Assembly (NCBI RefSeq): GCF_006345805.1
Contig: NW_021834585.1
Location: forward strand, 1-46,866
Length of the DNA: 46,866 bases
Direction of reading: 5' to 3'
DNA from: Octopus sinensis
Lineage: Eukaryota
Shown: one piece after another, positions 23,660-35,825 of the stretch
Position numbering within the stretch: the stretch's first letter is position 1
Layout of the letters: the number at the start of each line of letters is the position of its first letter
Made by a program: the position numbers and the translations under genes
The notes under the pieces: model-generated
Databases searched by the model: none
What the model saw: only the letters and a program-made list of their open reading frames with translations
Told to the model about the DNA's origin: nothing

Positions 23660-24370
23660 ATTGGTCTATTCCAGGTATTTTCCATTTGTATGTTTTACTG
23701 AGAACCAGCCTTGGTTCCGGCACCCTTACTGCTATTGATTGCTATTCTTTCGCTTTCTTCAGTCTCCATATTCTCTGTTGAAGCAGGATGTTTTCACGTT
23801 GTATTTCTTTGGTTTGCTCCAAATATTCTTCCAGAATTGCTCAACTTCATTGATGTGTAATGATTCCTATATCTTTAATTGTCGTTTCACCAGTTCACTT
23901 GTAGAACTTCTCTGCGTCGATATGGAAAATTCTATTTTATATTTTGTCAGTAAAACTGATTTCTCTTATCAAACCTCCTGACCTGTTGCTCTTTCATTTT
24001 CACTTAAATACAGAAGGGCGTCTTTGTTAGTAATTATATATTTCCTTTTCATTTCCCTCGCCTTCCTTCAATAACTGAGATTCTCGTTTTAAAGAATTTA
24101 TTTCCTTCGGTATCTTAACTTTCCACTTGGTTTTTGATTTATATGTTTTCCCTTTTTTCCTTCCTTTTAAGACCCATTCGGTTGCTAAGAACTTTTATCG
24201 TTGAGTGCACAAGATTACTTATAGTTAGGTCTTTATCACTTTCCATTAACGGCTCTTTCCTTGCTGAGATGCATGCTTCGATATTCTAAGAATTTTTCTT
24301 ACTATTTCGCAAGTTTGAGGGTGGATCCCTATTTTTTATTCCCGTATTTAAGCTCTCCCTTATTCCTCTA
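23660..24370 (-). mobile_element. Degenerate R4/Dong-clade fragment (region upstream of RT)
   Basis: Minus frames give NEVEQFWKNIWSKPKKYN and WKIPGIDQ, equivalent to EEFWGDIW and WKAPGHDK in the 34071 element. Confidence 0.6.
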
Positions 24371-24374
24371 ACGA

Positions 24375-24525
24375 TATTCTTCTTCTTCTTCTTCTTCTTC
24401 TTCTTCTTCTTCTTCTTCTTCTTCTTCTTCTTCTTCTTCTTCTTCTTCTTCTTCTTCTTCTTCTTCTTCTTCTTCTTCTCATTATTATTATTATTATTAT
24501 TATATTATTATTATTATTATTATTA
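24375..24525. repeat. (CTT)n(ATT)n microsatellite
   Basis: Direct inspection. Confidence 0.95.
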
Positions 24526-24529
24526 CTTT

Positions 24530-25632
24530 TTTTTCTTCTTTCAAATTTGCTTCCATTTCTTGCCGAGTGTCTTCCCGACTCCTAGGGCAAAGAAACTCAT
24601 AGTATACATTGGTAGGCCATTAAACCAAACTCAATAGTTCGTTCATTTTTTTTTTTTTTAAGTTAAATTAAAATACATGAGCAGCAACAGTTCTCACATC
24701 GACAATGCTCTTCTCAATACGTGTGATGTACCAGTTAAGACAATCTTTTGCACTTCTTGCAGGGATGGTAAGCCAGGAATCATTCTCATATAATTTTCGG
24801 TTCCCTTCTTGATCATTCCTAGTGCTCCTACGATCACTGGTATTGTAACCGCCTTGAGATGCCACATTTTCTCAATTTCAATGAGTAGGTCTTTATATTT
24901 TCTGAGCTTGTCAAACTCTTTCGCTGAGATATTATGATCACAGGGGATGCTCATGTCGATCAATAAGCAAACTTTATTGTTTTGGTCTTTCACAACAATA
25001 TCTGGTTTATTGGCCTTGATGGTTCGGTCTGTATGTACTGGAAAGTCCCACAGAATGGTTACATTTTCTCCTTCAGTTACAGCCTCAGGGTGGTGATTAT
25101 ACCACTTGTCGGCAGTTTTGATATTGTAATGCCGACTTATTAGCCAGTGGAGATATTGGCCAACTCTGTCATGTCTTAATTTATACTCCACTGGTGCTAA
25201 GACTTACATCCAGAGATTAGGTGGTCCAATGTTTCAATCATGTCGTTGCAGAATCGGCATTTTGGGTCTGCTCCATTTTTCATCACATTGGCCTGGTAGT
25301 TCCGGGTTAATAGGCTTTGATCTTGAGCAGCCAGGATGAAACCTTCGCTCTCTGCTTTTAGCCCTGAGCTCCGTAGCCACTGATGGGTTTGCTTCTGGTC
25401 AACATCAGCTTGTTTGCTGCGGGTCACATATTTGCCGTGCAGAGGTTTCTCCTCCCACCTATCAGCCAATTGCTCGTGCGCTTTTTTCATTGCCATCATT
25501 TTCACCTTTTTGCAATAATAGTTGCCGTACTTCCCTCGGGTTGTTCAGTTTGGGTATCCTGCACGAGATCAATAGCAAATTTTTTGCTTTCCTTTATAAT
25601 AGAATTATTGCTTTCCTTTATAATAGAATTAT
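24530..25632 (-). mobile_element. 5'-truncated R4/Dong-clade LINE (second family) inserted in (TAA)n
   Basis: ORF 25197-25505 (WEEKPLHGKY...CRFCNDMIETLDHLISGC) and ORF 24694-25191 (RHDRVGQYLHW...ANKPDIVVKD...LIDM...KYKDL) are linked by a frameshift; (ATT)n on both sides. Confidence 0.95.
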
Positions 25633-25636
25633 TATA

Positions 25637-25692
<56 letters not shown>

Positions 25693-25697
25693 CATCA

Positions 25698-25748
<51 letters not shown>

Positions 25749-25749
<1 letters not shown>

Positions 25750-26050
25750 GGCGGCGAGCTGGTGGAATCGCTAGCACGTCGAGCGAAATGCTTAGCGGTA
25801 TTTTGTCCGTCGTTACGTTGTGAGTTCAAATTCCGCCGAGGTCGACTTTGCTTTTCATCCTTTCGGGGTCGATAAATTAAGTACCAGTTACGGACTGGGG
25901 TCGATGTAATCGACTTAATGCCTATGTCTGTCCTTGTTTGTACCCTCTGTGTTTAGCCCCTTGTGGATAATAAAGAAATAGGTATTTTGTCCGTCTTTAC
26001 GTTTTAAATTCATATTCCACTGAGGTCGACTTTGCTTTTCCTGCCTTCGC
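25749..26050 (+). mobile_element. SINE-A: head, one unit, truncated second unit
   Basis: Head AAGGCGGCGAGCTGG directly after (ATT)n; second GTATTTTGTCCG start near 25982. Confidence 0.9.
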
Positions 26051-26099
26051 GGTCGATATATATGTATGGTTGCATACATATATGTATATATTTAAGCTA

Positions 26100-27030
26100 A
26101 TTAGACCATAATATTTGAAAAGCAGCTCCTTGAGCAGCCCTGCTTGTCTGATAACCTTAAATACATGCCCAAAGAAGTCACACGGCTCTACCGCAATGCG
26201 TCATCATTTGAAAGGATGAGCGTATATTAGCAGAAGACCATGTATGGATATGTTAGTAGAAAACTCCGGGGTGATAATAACATTGATCATCAATCATGGA
26301 CCAACAACCGGATTACTAACTCCCACTTTGAAGGGTATGCGTTTACAATCCAGGAACAGGAAATATCAAACCAAATATCTGATGCACAAAAGAGATAGAG
26401 ATGCAAGAAAAACAGCAAAATATGATAACCTATGCAGATTTTGTGGAGCTATCACCGAAGACATCACCCACATAATAAGCAGTTGTCTGAAAATACCATC
26501 ATAGTATTATCTACCGAAAAAATATGATGTTGTAGCAAGGACATTGTATAACAAGGTCCGTCAAAGAAATAAGAACCCACAATATGGTGGAAGCCATGGG
26601 TCACTCATAATAAATAGGAGTACTGGTGGAATGTCCCAGTGAAAATCTCAATAAAATGTAAGCACAACAGACCTGATATAATGATTTGGGATAGAGAAGA
26701 GAAACTGTGTACAGTTGTGGGAATACCTACGCTGAACTATTGAGAAATCTACAGCTTCTTTATCCAAACTACAAGTTCAGGTTTATACAAGTTCACGTTT
26801 TTACCTGTAATTATTGGGGCAGTGAGATATGTAATACACTTCCTAAATACCAATTTTGAGACATAGGCTTCTCAAAACCAGAAAGGAAGAAGCTGATTTT
26901 AAGACTACAGATCCAATCCATGACTGGAACTGTAAAAATCTGTAAAACTTTCCAGAAGTTTATCATCTAAATATATATGAGCATGTCTAGATATGCAACT
27001 ATATGCATGAGAATACATACATAAAACATA
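26100..27030 (+). mobile_element. Degenerate RLE-type (R4-like) LINE 3' fragment, distinct family
   Basis: FEGYAFTIQEQEI, CRFCGAITEDITHIISSC, EYWWNVPV..KCKHNRPDIMIWDREEK, IIIGAV, ...KICKTFQKFII*; short UTR then (CATA)n. Confidence 0.75.
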
Positions 27031-27460
27031 CAAATTTGCACATACATACATACATACATACATACATACATACATACATACATACATACATACATACATA
27101 CATACATACATACATACCCTGTTGTTGATGTTGAAATTCCAATGAAGGACCCTTGGATCTAGGTTAGAAACCGGTTCTTTCTGTATTGGCAAGAAATCTT
27201 GAAATAAACTGAATAATGACATAATGCATACATACATAGAAAAATACCCTGTTGATGTTGAAATTCCAATGCAGGACTCTTGGGTCTAAGTTAGAAACCG
27301 GCTCTCTCTCTATTGGCAAGAAATATTGAAATAAAACCGAATAAGGACATACATGCATGCATTCATGCATACATACATGCATACATACATACATAATACA
27401 TACATACATACATACATACATACATACATACATACATACATACATACATACATACACAGT
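27024..27460. repeat. (CATA)n tract containing two copies of a ~110-bp non-simple unit
   Basis: ATACCCTGTTG...GATGTTGAAATTCCAATG...GTTAGAAACCGG...TATTGGCAAGAAAT at about 27114 and 27244. Confidence 0.85.
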
Positions 27461-27924
27461 TTTGTTGCTTTGTTACCAACCGGTTTGAACTCTCTCGAGA
27501 AGATCTTACATTAAACTCAAAGAAAATCATACATACACGTATGATTTTTCGAAAAGGATGTATTCATAGTCGTTTCTTTCATTCTTTTTTTCTTTCTTTC
27601 TTTCTTTCTTTTCCTTTCTTTCTTTCTTTCTATCATTTTCACTTCAAAGTTCCAGTAAAGTTTTTGCTTTCTTGAAGCAAGAAATATTTCCTTAAATAGA
27701 TCACCGATTCTTCTGTAATTATCACCAGTTTTCGTTTGAAAAAAAAAAATCAATCAAAACGAATATTATAAAAAAAAAAGGTAATATCCCCCACTTCGCC
27801 AAGAAAGCTTACTCTAACGGAAAGAAAAAGAGAAAATGAAAAATACACACGAAGTGAAATAAAATCACACAAACTGTCAACAAAAGAAAAAATACATTAA
27901 CTAAATACGTAGGAAGGTAAAATC

Positions 27925-28497
27925 TATTCTGCTCCAGGTACAAGACGTGAAATTTGGTGGGAGGGGGCCAGTCGATTAGATCGACCCCAGTACGCAACTG
28001 GTACTTAATTTATCGACCTCGAAAGGATGAAAAGAAAAGTCGCGGAATTTGAACTCAGAACGTAAAGACAGACGAAATACCTATTTCTTTACTACCCACA
28101 AGAGGCTAAACACAGAGAGGACAAACAAGGACAGACAAACGGATTAAGTCGATTGTATCGAACCCAGTACGTAACTGGTACTTATTTAATCGACCCTGGA
28201 AAGATGAAAGGCGAAGTCAACCTCGGCGGAATTTGAACTCGGAACGTAGCGGCAGACAAAATACCTAGTTCTTTACTACCCACAAGGGGCTAAACACAGA
28301 GGGGACAAATAAGGACAGACAAACGGATTAAGTCGATTAAATCGACCCCAGTGCGTAACTGGTACTTAATTTATCGATCCCGAAAGGATGAAAGGCAAAG
28401 TCGACCTCGGCGGAATTTGAACTCAGAACGTAGCGGCAGACGAAATACCGCTAAGAATTTCGCCCGGCGTGCTAACGTTTCCGCCAGCTCGCCGCCT
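27925..28497 (-). mobile_element. SINE-A trimer: head, a, a, b
   Basis: Reverse complement of the 15652-type architecture; terminal unit has the ATCTAATCGACTGGCCCCC b-tail. Confidence 0.9.
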
Positions 28498-29843
28498 AAG
28501 TGAGACTAAGTATATTTAACAAATACGCTTGAGAAGCAGTTACCACCTTCCATTGAGTTCAGTTAGTAAAACTATCTATAGCTGTCAGGTTCTTTAATCA
28601 TTCTTAATCTTATTCCATAAAGCGGACTGTTATGCTGTAACATGAGATGAATGTATGTTTGGTTCCATGAAATACAACGGCAGACACACGTTTTGAAATG
28701 ATTCTATTTTTCAGCGGATGCCAGACAGATGGAATAAATACTTCACGTTCGGAATAATTCAAACTGTCCTATTTTTGTAATCTTCCTGATGATTGATTGT
28801 TGATATATGAGACAAGGGAGAGAATCGGCTGCCTAGGAATTATATTTCATTTATATTGGGTATTGTGTCATTCTTTTTGTTAGTGAAATTTAAAGAACAA
28901 AATATATTACCGCTTTTAACGGTGGCACTCGAAATGGGTCAAACTATAAATACTACAATGCTAAATATTGGGTTTAAACCCCTCTTAGATAGAAAAGAGT
29001 CTAAATCTGTTCGTGTGACATGAACCCACATCTTCTGTGAACCTGACAGATGTGTCTCTGTCATATCAAAATAAGGGGAAATTGTATACTGTTTACATTA
29101 CAAGGATTTAGGAAATTCAAGAGATAACCTTTTTAATCTTGGAACTCGAAGCAGATAAAGCTATAAATAATAGAATTTGGAATACTGGGTTACAAAAACC
29201 TTCTTGCACGGAAAAACCGAAAGCTTTAATTTTGTAATTTAATCTTTAGCAAAATGTAAAATCAAACAAAATAATGAAATGTTAGAAATATTAGAGAACG
29301 CTGACGACAGGTAAATACCCAGAAACCGAGTCCGTGCGTATCACGTCGGGTCGACGATGGGAAGGATGGCTTCCCTTTGCAAATACTGATAGGGCACAGA
29401 AAGTGTGTCAATAGCCAGCTGGAGATGTTCTCCTGGAGCTACAAGCTACAGTAGCATCCACCCTTAGTGGTTAGCCACATTTAAGTGACAAATATACTTC
29501 ACATTGTTGTGCAGCTACTGTTTGTATTTCGTTCAGAGATCTATTATTGTTAGAAACCTAATAGATAATCCAATAAATGAATAGATCTAATTATGGAATT
29601 ATCTAATAAGAAAATTGTTGCCTGTAATCATTTGTAAAGAATTTATTGTTTCTTGCAATACCATTTTATTCACTTCTAAATACCATTATCTCATTAGGTG
29701 ATATTTTATACATAACACATAGTAATGTTAGTATCTGTCCGAATATGCTTGAGGCACGTTTAAACTGGGTAACAAGCTACTCACTGCGTTTTGTCAAATG
29801 GTGTGTATACACCTAGATCAGTTCGTAGCACCATCTACCTAGA

Positions 29844-29891
29844 CTGTGAGATTCCAGCATTTCGGAGTAGTTATCTCTTCATCGGTCGCAG
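29844..29891 (-). ncRNA. Type I hammerhead motif (CCGAUGA core)
   Basis: CUGCGA CCGAUGA AGAG AUAACUA CUCC GAA AUG CUGG AAU C / UCACAG. Confidence 0.6.
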
Positions 29892-30175
29892 ATACTAAGT
29901 AGACGATCTAGGTGTATACACACCCTTTGTCAACAAGCGAGATATATTCTTTGTCACAAAACATAACGAGTAGCTTGTTCCCTAGTGCGAACGTGCATCA
30001 AGCATATTTGGACTGATAATAACATTGCAATTTCCCTTATCACTGCTTATCGCTTCCCCTCCGTTATTTACTTATGGTGAGCCACCGTATAGCGCTGCCA
30101 GTCATCGTACGGTGACTGGAAAAGCATAAGGGGGGTAATCTCTTAATTCAGCTCATAGTGTCGTCTGCTTAGTGT

Positions 30176-30223
30176 CTGTGACCAAGGAGGAGATAACTAC
30201 TCCGAAATATCAACATCTCACAG
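30176..30223 (+). ncRNA. Type I hammerhead motif, G5 mutated
   Basis: CUGUGA CCAAGGA GGAG AUAACUA CUCC GAA AUA UCAA CAU C / UCACAG; perfect 6-bp stem I and 4-bp stem II. Confidence 0.6.
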
Positions 30224-30519
30224 TGTAGGTAGATGGCGCTGTAAGCTGATCTAGGTGTATACACACCACTTGTCAACAAGCGAGATATATTCTCAAGTCA
30301 CAAAACATAGCGAATAGTTTGTTCCCCAGATGGAAAGTGCCACAAGCATATTTGGACTGAAAATAACATTGCAATTTCCCTTATCACTGCTTAGCGCTCC
30401 CCCTCCGTAATTTACGTACGGTGAGCTGCCCTATAGCGCTGCCAGTCATCGTACAGTGACTGGAAAAGCTTACAAAAGGTAAACTCTTAATTCAGCTCGT
30501 AGTGTCGTCTGCTTAGCAT

Positions 30520-30567
30520 CAGTGACCAAAGAGGAGACAACTACTCCGAAACGTTACCATCTCACAG
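30520..30567 (+). ncRNA. Type I hammerhead motif, G5 mutated
   Basis: CAGUGA CCAAAGA GGAG ACAACUA CUCC GAA ACG UUAC CAU C / UCACAG. Confidence 0.55.
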
Positions 30568-31639
30568 TGTAAGTTGATGGTGGAACTGATGTAGGTGTAT
30601 ACACACCATTTGTCAACAAGCGAGGTATATTCTCCATGACAAAACGCAGTGAGTAGCTTGCTCCTCAGTTCGAACGTGCATCAAGCATACTCGGACTGAT
30701 AATGACTGATAATGCAATTATCTGTTTTGCCATAGATAAAATATGTAAATTTGCAGAATTTTTACTATAAAACAGAGGTAATTTTGTAGTTTTACGTTTA
30801 GTTAATAGAAAAACCCCGTTGTAATAGTTTCAAATATTCAAGTTATGGCCTTCCAAAATTTGTAATATAAGAGAGTGCCCCCATTATGGTGTCTTAATAT
30901 TGAAATTTGTTGATATTTTGGGAATAGACATTATTTCTGTTCATTTACCTAAGGTTTAAATTTCGTTTAAACCAATACGAAAAAAGTTTTCAGTGGGAAG
31001 GGCTTGTGCCTCCCGGGAATCCCTTTGATCAAAATGAAATATACTTATATATGAAGAAGAGGGGAGTGAGAGAGAAGTGCATGCCATCAAAGCGACACTG
31101 GGGTGCAAATATACGAAGCCCAGTATACCCATCATGACTACCCGTCTGATTAGAGTACACCAGGCAAATGCATCACAACCATATGTGCGCAACATGGTGA
31201 TGTTATATAAAGGTAAACAGCGCATGACCTTGCAGATGGGGCCCGACTAGAATTTTCTTCAGGTTGAGTAGCCCATCCCGCTCAAAAGGTCCCTGAATAA
31301 GGTTTGTTTAAGGATGTTGAACGAAACACCCATGTTTCCAGAGGTGAATTATTCAAACCACAAAGAATTCCTCTCAACATAGGGCTCAACAATACTTCTG
31401 CTCATGATTATCGTCAGCCACTAAGGGACATGCTCAAACAACTGACAAGCAAATCTGCGGTATTTAGCAGAATATTTGCTGTAGCCCATCTTTTATACCA
31501 AGACACAAGGATCAATAAATATTGCTTTACCTGGGGATGCACTCATAGGTGACAAAGAGCTGGGAAAAGGTGGGAAAATACAAATTACGAAAAGACGAAA
31601 TTGCAAAAATGTGTACAATGAAGAAAAAGAGTAGGGGGA

Positions 31640-32200
31640 GGAGGAGGAGAAGAAGAAGAAGAAGAAGAAGAAGAAGAAGAAGAAGATAATGAAGAAGAGG
31701 ATGATGGAGAAGAGGATGAAGAAGAAGAAGAAGAAGATGCTGATGAAGAAGATGATGAAGAAGAAGAAGAAGATAATGAAGAAGAAGAAGATGAAGAAGA
31801 AGATGATGAAGAAGAAGATGATGAAGAAGAGGATGAAGAAGAAGAAGAAGAAGAAGATGATGAAGAAGAGGATGAAGAAGAAGAAGAAGAAGATGAAGAT
31901 GAAGAAGAAGATGATGAAGAAGAAGATGATGAAGAAGAGGATGAAGAAGAAGAAGAAGATGATGAAGAAGAAGAAGATGATGAAGAAGAGGATGAAGAAG
32001 AAGAAGAAGAAGAAGATGAAGAAGAAGATGATGAAGAAGAGGATGAAGAAGAAGAAGAAGATGATGAAGAAGATGATGATGAAGAAGAAGAAGAAGAACA
32101 AGATGAAGAAGATGATGAAGAACAAGATGATGAAGAACAAGAAGAAGAACAAGATGAAGAAGAAGATGAAGAAGAGGGGAGGAAGATGAAGATGATGAAG
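31640..32200. repeat. (GAA/GAT/GAG)n compound microsatellite
   Basis: Direct inspection. Confidence 0.9.
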
Positions 32201-32679
32201 ATGAGGGGAGGAAGGGGTAGAGGAAGAAGACGAGGGAGGAGGAAGAGGAAAAAGAAGAGAAAGAAGAGGAGGTGGGGGCATTGGGAGCTCTAACAACCAA
32301 TTTCAAGAAATTTAACGGAGAAATTAGAACTGACATGATGGCAGAGCATGTCCCACCCCAACTGCTCTATTGGGGAGAGCTAGGATTTTGAGATTGGTGT
32401 TTGGGTGTTGAGTATCTTCCACAATAATTTAAAATCCAAGTACCAAGTCTTATAATTTATGGAAAGAGATTCTGTGAGACCTCTGGCAGCTGGCTGGCGG
32501 CCGCTGTCACAGAATCAGTCAGAGCTCTAAGAAGCAAGAGGTAATAACAATAACAGTGGCATTTTTTTTCTATATTTTATTTTATTAAAGACAAGTAAAA
32601 GGCTAATATATTTGAGGAGGTCGGATAATCCGTCTGTCAATTCTGCCAGTTGCACAAATTGCCGATAAGACCAGAAGTA

Positions 32680-32798
32680 GCAACGACAACAACTACAACA
32701 ACAACGATAATGAAGATATTAAAAATAGCAATAGCAACAACAACAACAAAAACGATGAAGATAATAAAAATAACAACAACAACAACAACAACAACAAC

Positions 32799-32848
<50 letters not shown>

Positions 32849-32907
32849 GGAATTACTTTCAAATGATAATGATGATGATGATAATGATGATGATGATGAT
32901 GATGATG

Positions 32908-32944
<37 letters not shown>

Positions 32945-32976
32945 GGAATTAGTTTCAAATAATGATGATGATGATG

Positions 32977-33016
<40 letters not shown>

Positions 33017-33039
33017 TAATAATACGGAATTACTTTCAA

Positions 33040-33071
<32 letters not shown>

Positions 33072-33156
33072 AATAATAATAATAATAATAATAATGATGA
33101 TGATGATGATGATGATGATGATAATAATGATGATGATGATGATGATAATAATAATG

Positions 33157-33196
<40 letters not shown>

Positions 33197-33222
33197 TGAT
33201 GATGATGATGATGATGATAATA

Positions 33223-33273
<51 letters not shown>

Positions 33274-33275
33274 TA

Positions 33276-33307
<32 letters not shown>

Positions 33308-33310
33308 ACG
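32680..33310. repeat. (AAC)(AAT)(GAT)n tract with an interspersed ACGGAATTACTTTCAAAT motif
   Basis: Motif recurs near 32846, 32943 and 33024, showing local block duplication. Confidence 0.9.
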
Positions 33311-33608
33311 GCACTACTTGTGTATATATAATCTTTTGAGTAGAGTTGCTTTACAGTTGCTTTATTGATTTTTACTTTGCCTCTGTGTAGCAAGTTATTG
33401 CGTAATTTTTAAAACATTCAACGGCTGCCATCTTCCCGCTTTCTGCTATTTATACGTTGCTGATACCTTTTACACGTTATATTGCAGTATTTTAGTTTAT
33501 TTTATTGTATTTTTGCTTAAACTTTAATTGTTTTCTTTTTAATCATCGAACGCTGTATATTCCAGATAAGACAAAGTTGAATGATCGTCACAACTTCTCA
33601 ACACCACC

Positions 33609-33640
<32 letters not shown>

Positions 33641-33642
33641 CA

Positions 33643-33686
<44 letters not shown>

Positions 33687-33754
33687 AATGGCTACCGCAA
33701 TAATCTCATACAACTGTGATTCCTCGTCTAATAAAATCCATAATAATAATCCTT

Positions 33755-33781
33755 TCTACCATAGGCACAAGGCTTGAAATT

Positions 33782-33821
<40 letters not shown>

Positions 33822-33975
33822 AAGTCGATGCATCGACCTAAGTGCGAAACCGGTGGTTATTTTATCAACCCCGAAAGAGTGAAAGGCAAAGCCAACCGCG
33901 GCGGAATTTGAACTCAGAACGTAAATTCCGCTAAGCATTTTGTCCGGCATGTTAACGATTCCACCAGGTCAAACG
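33755..33975 (-). mobile_element. Degenerate SINE-A subtype b with internal (GA)n expansion
   Basis: CCCCGAAAGAGTGAAAGGCAAAG...GAATTTGAACTCAGAACG; tail GGCACAAGGC. Confidence 0.7.
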
Positions 33976-33977
33976 TC

Positions 33978-34070
<93 letters not shown>

Positions 34071-35825
34071 GGAGAACACCGGGGACGTTAAAGATGTAAG
34101 AAGGAAAATTCAGAGCTCCGAAATCTATCCACAAACATCGAAAACAAGGACATCCTATGGAGCCAAAGTTTTCCTAACAAAGAATTGGACTGTATCCGAG
34201 TAAGTAATACTAATTGAAATTTATTACTATTTTCGAAACGAAATGATGTATTTTGACTCGATATCATCTCCGCCTCTAACGCAACACATGTAAACATGCG
34301 TGGAACATCACGATCATCTCCGACCCCAAACACCATGTACAAAGGAACTACGAAGAAATTAAATGCCACCGATACTATTCAACCCAAGAATAACAATCGA
34401 GCGGTACGTACATTAAACTTACACCAAAAAATGTACGAAAAACTACACGGGCGAAATAATGTGACAACAGAAATAAACGGACCGGTACCCTACGAAAATG
34501 ACGACCGTCAAAATAATGGGCCGGACGTTGTACCTCATGTCCCGCAAATAAAACCCAAAAGACGTAAATGGACACGTGAGGAATACATTTCTATCTTACA
34601 CGCATACTTCACAGCAGTACTCTACCCAAAAAATGAAAGTACAACAACACATACATATAAAATATGGAAGGAAAATAATAGAGATATAGACTTGGATACA
34701 GCAATGAACCCTAATAAATTAGCTAACGTACGAAGATACATTCTCAACACAAAAAAATATCAGAAATAGAAATAGAAACCTAAAAGAAAACATACACCAG
34801 GAAAATGTAGATAGAAGCCACACAACAATGCCCAATAATATAAACACTGAAACTGTAAAACACGAAGACAAACGCAACATTCCCAACAAACACGATGTAA
34901 ACAACGAAGGGGAGCCTAATGATTATGATAATATAAAAATAAAATAATCAAAGAACTGAAAACCACAGAGCTCAAAATGGACCACCGACCATACCTCTCA
35001 AGAATCAAAATAAACAAAATAACAACACCTATTATAAACAGCATAAACCTAGCCGTCACTGAACTGATAGCCACTGAATAAAAAAAAGTGATATCACTGA
35101 GCTAAATAACCTAATATACGCAGCAGCCACTGCAGCCACAAAAGAAGCTGGATACTCACCCAAACCCGCCCAAACAGGAGTACCACCACCCAACAAACCC
35201 TGTGGATAAATAACATCCAAAGCAAAATAAAAAAAAAATTAGAAAAGACCTGTCGATTCTTAATGAAATCAGCAACAATCAACGCTACTGAGCAACAAAA
35301 AGAGAACAAAAATACTCCGCAAATATAACATCACAGAGAAAGATTTGCCTGAAATAAAGAAAGCTGAAGCAAGATATCCTTGCCAAAGCACAAGGATCCG
35401 CCGGTACAAGAAACGCCAACGCTTCTTTGAAGAAAACAAAAAGTTCAACTCCAACCCCAAAAGTTCTACAAGAACTGGGAAAAAATAAAATAGAAGTCAC
35501 TGCAGCACCAACGGCAGAAGAATTGGAAGAATTCTGGGGAGATATATGGTCGGCGAACGAACCACCAAAAAAAGGAGTATCAGAATAACAAACTCGGCAT
35601 CTGAACAACTTTGGACCCCCATAACAACTGAAGAGGTCACCCAGGCACTGCAAAGACTAAGCAACTGGAAGGCACCTGGGCATGACAAGATCCCCAACTT
35701 CTGGTTGAAATATCTAACAGGAATGCACAAAAAGCTGGCTGAAAACTTTAACAGCATACTAGCAGAGCCAGAGACAATGCCTGAATGGCTCACGAAGGGG
35801 AAAACCATCTTAATTCCCAAATCAA

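Larger units (their letters stand above)
29722..30715. mobile_element. Hammerhead-bearing tandem array (~340-bp units) with an inverted partial unit; retrozyme/Penelope pseudo-LTR (pLTR)-like
   Basis: GAT(C/G)TAGGTGTATAC at 29905, 30248 and 30588 (period 343 and 340). 29722-29904 is an inverted copy spanning the ribozyme and ending at about the same unit position as the right end. Confidence 0.85.

Noticed and set aside
31000-31500. GC-richer block that may be a LINE UTR with an HDV-like ribozyme
   Set aside because: Single copy in the window, and I could not build the nested double pseudoknot.
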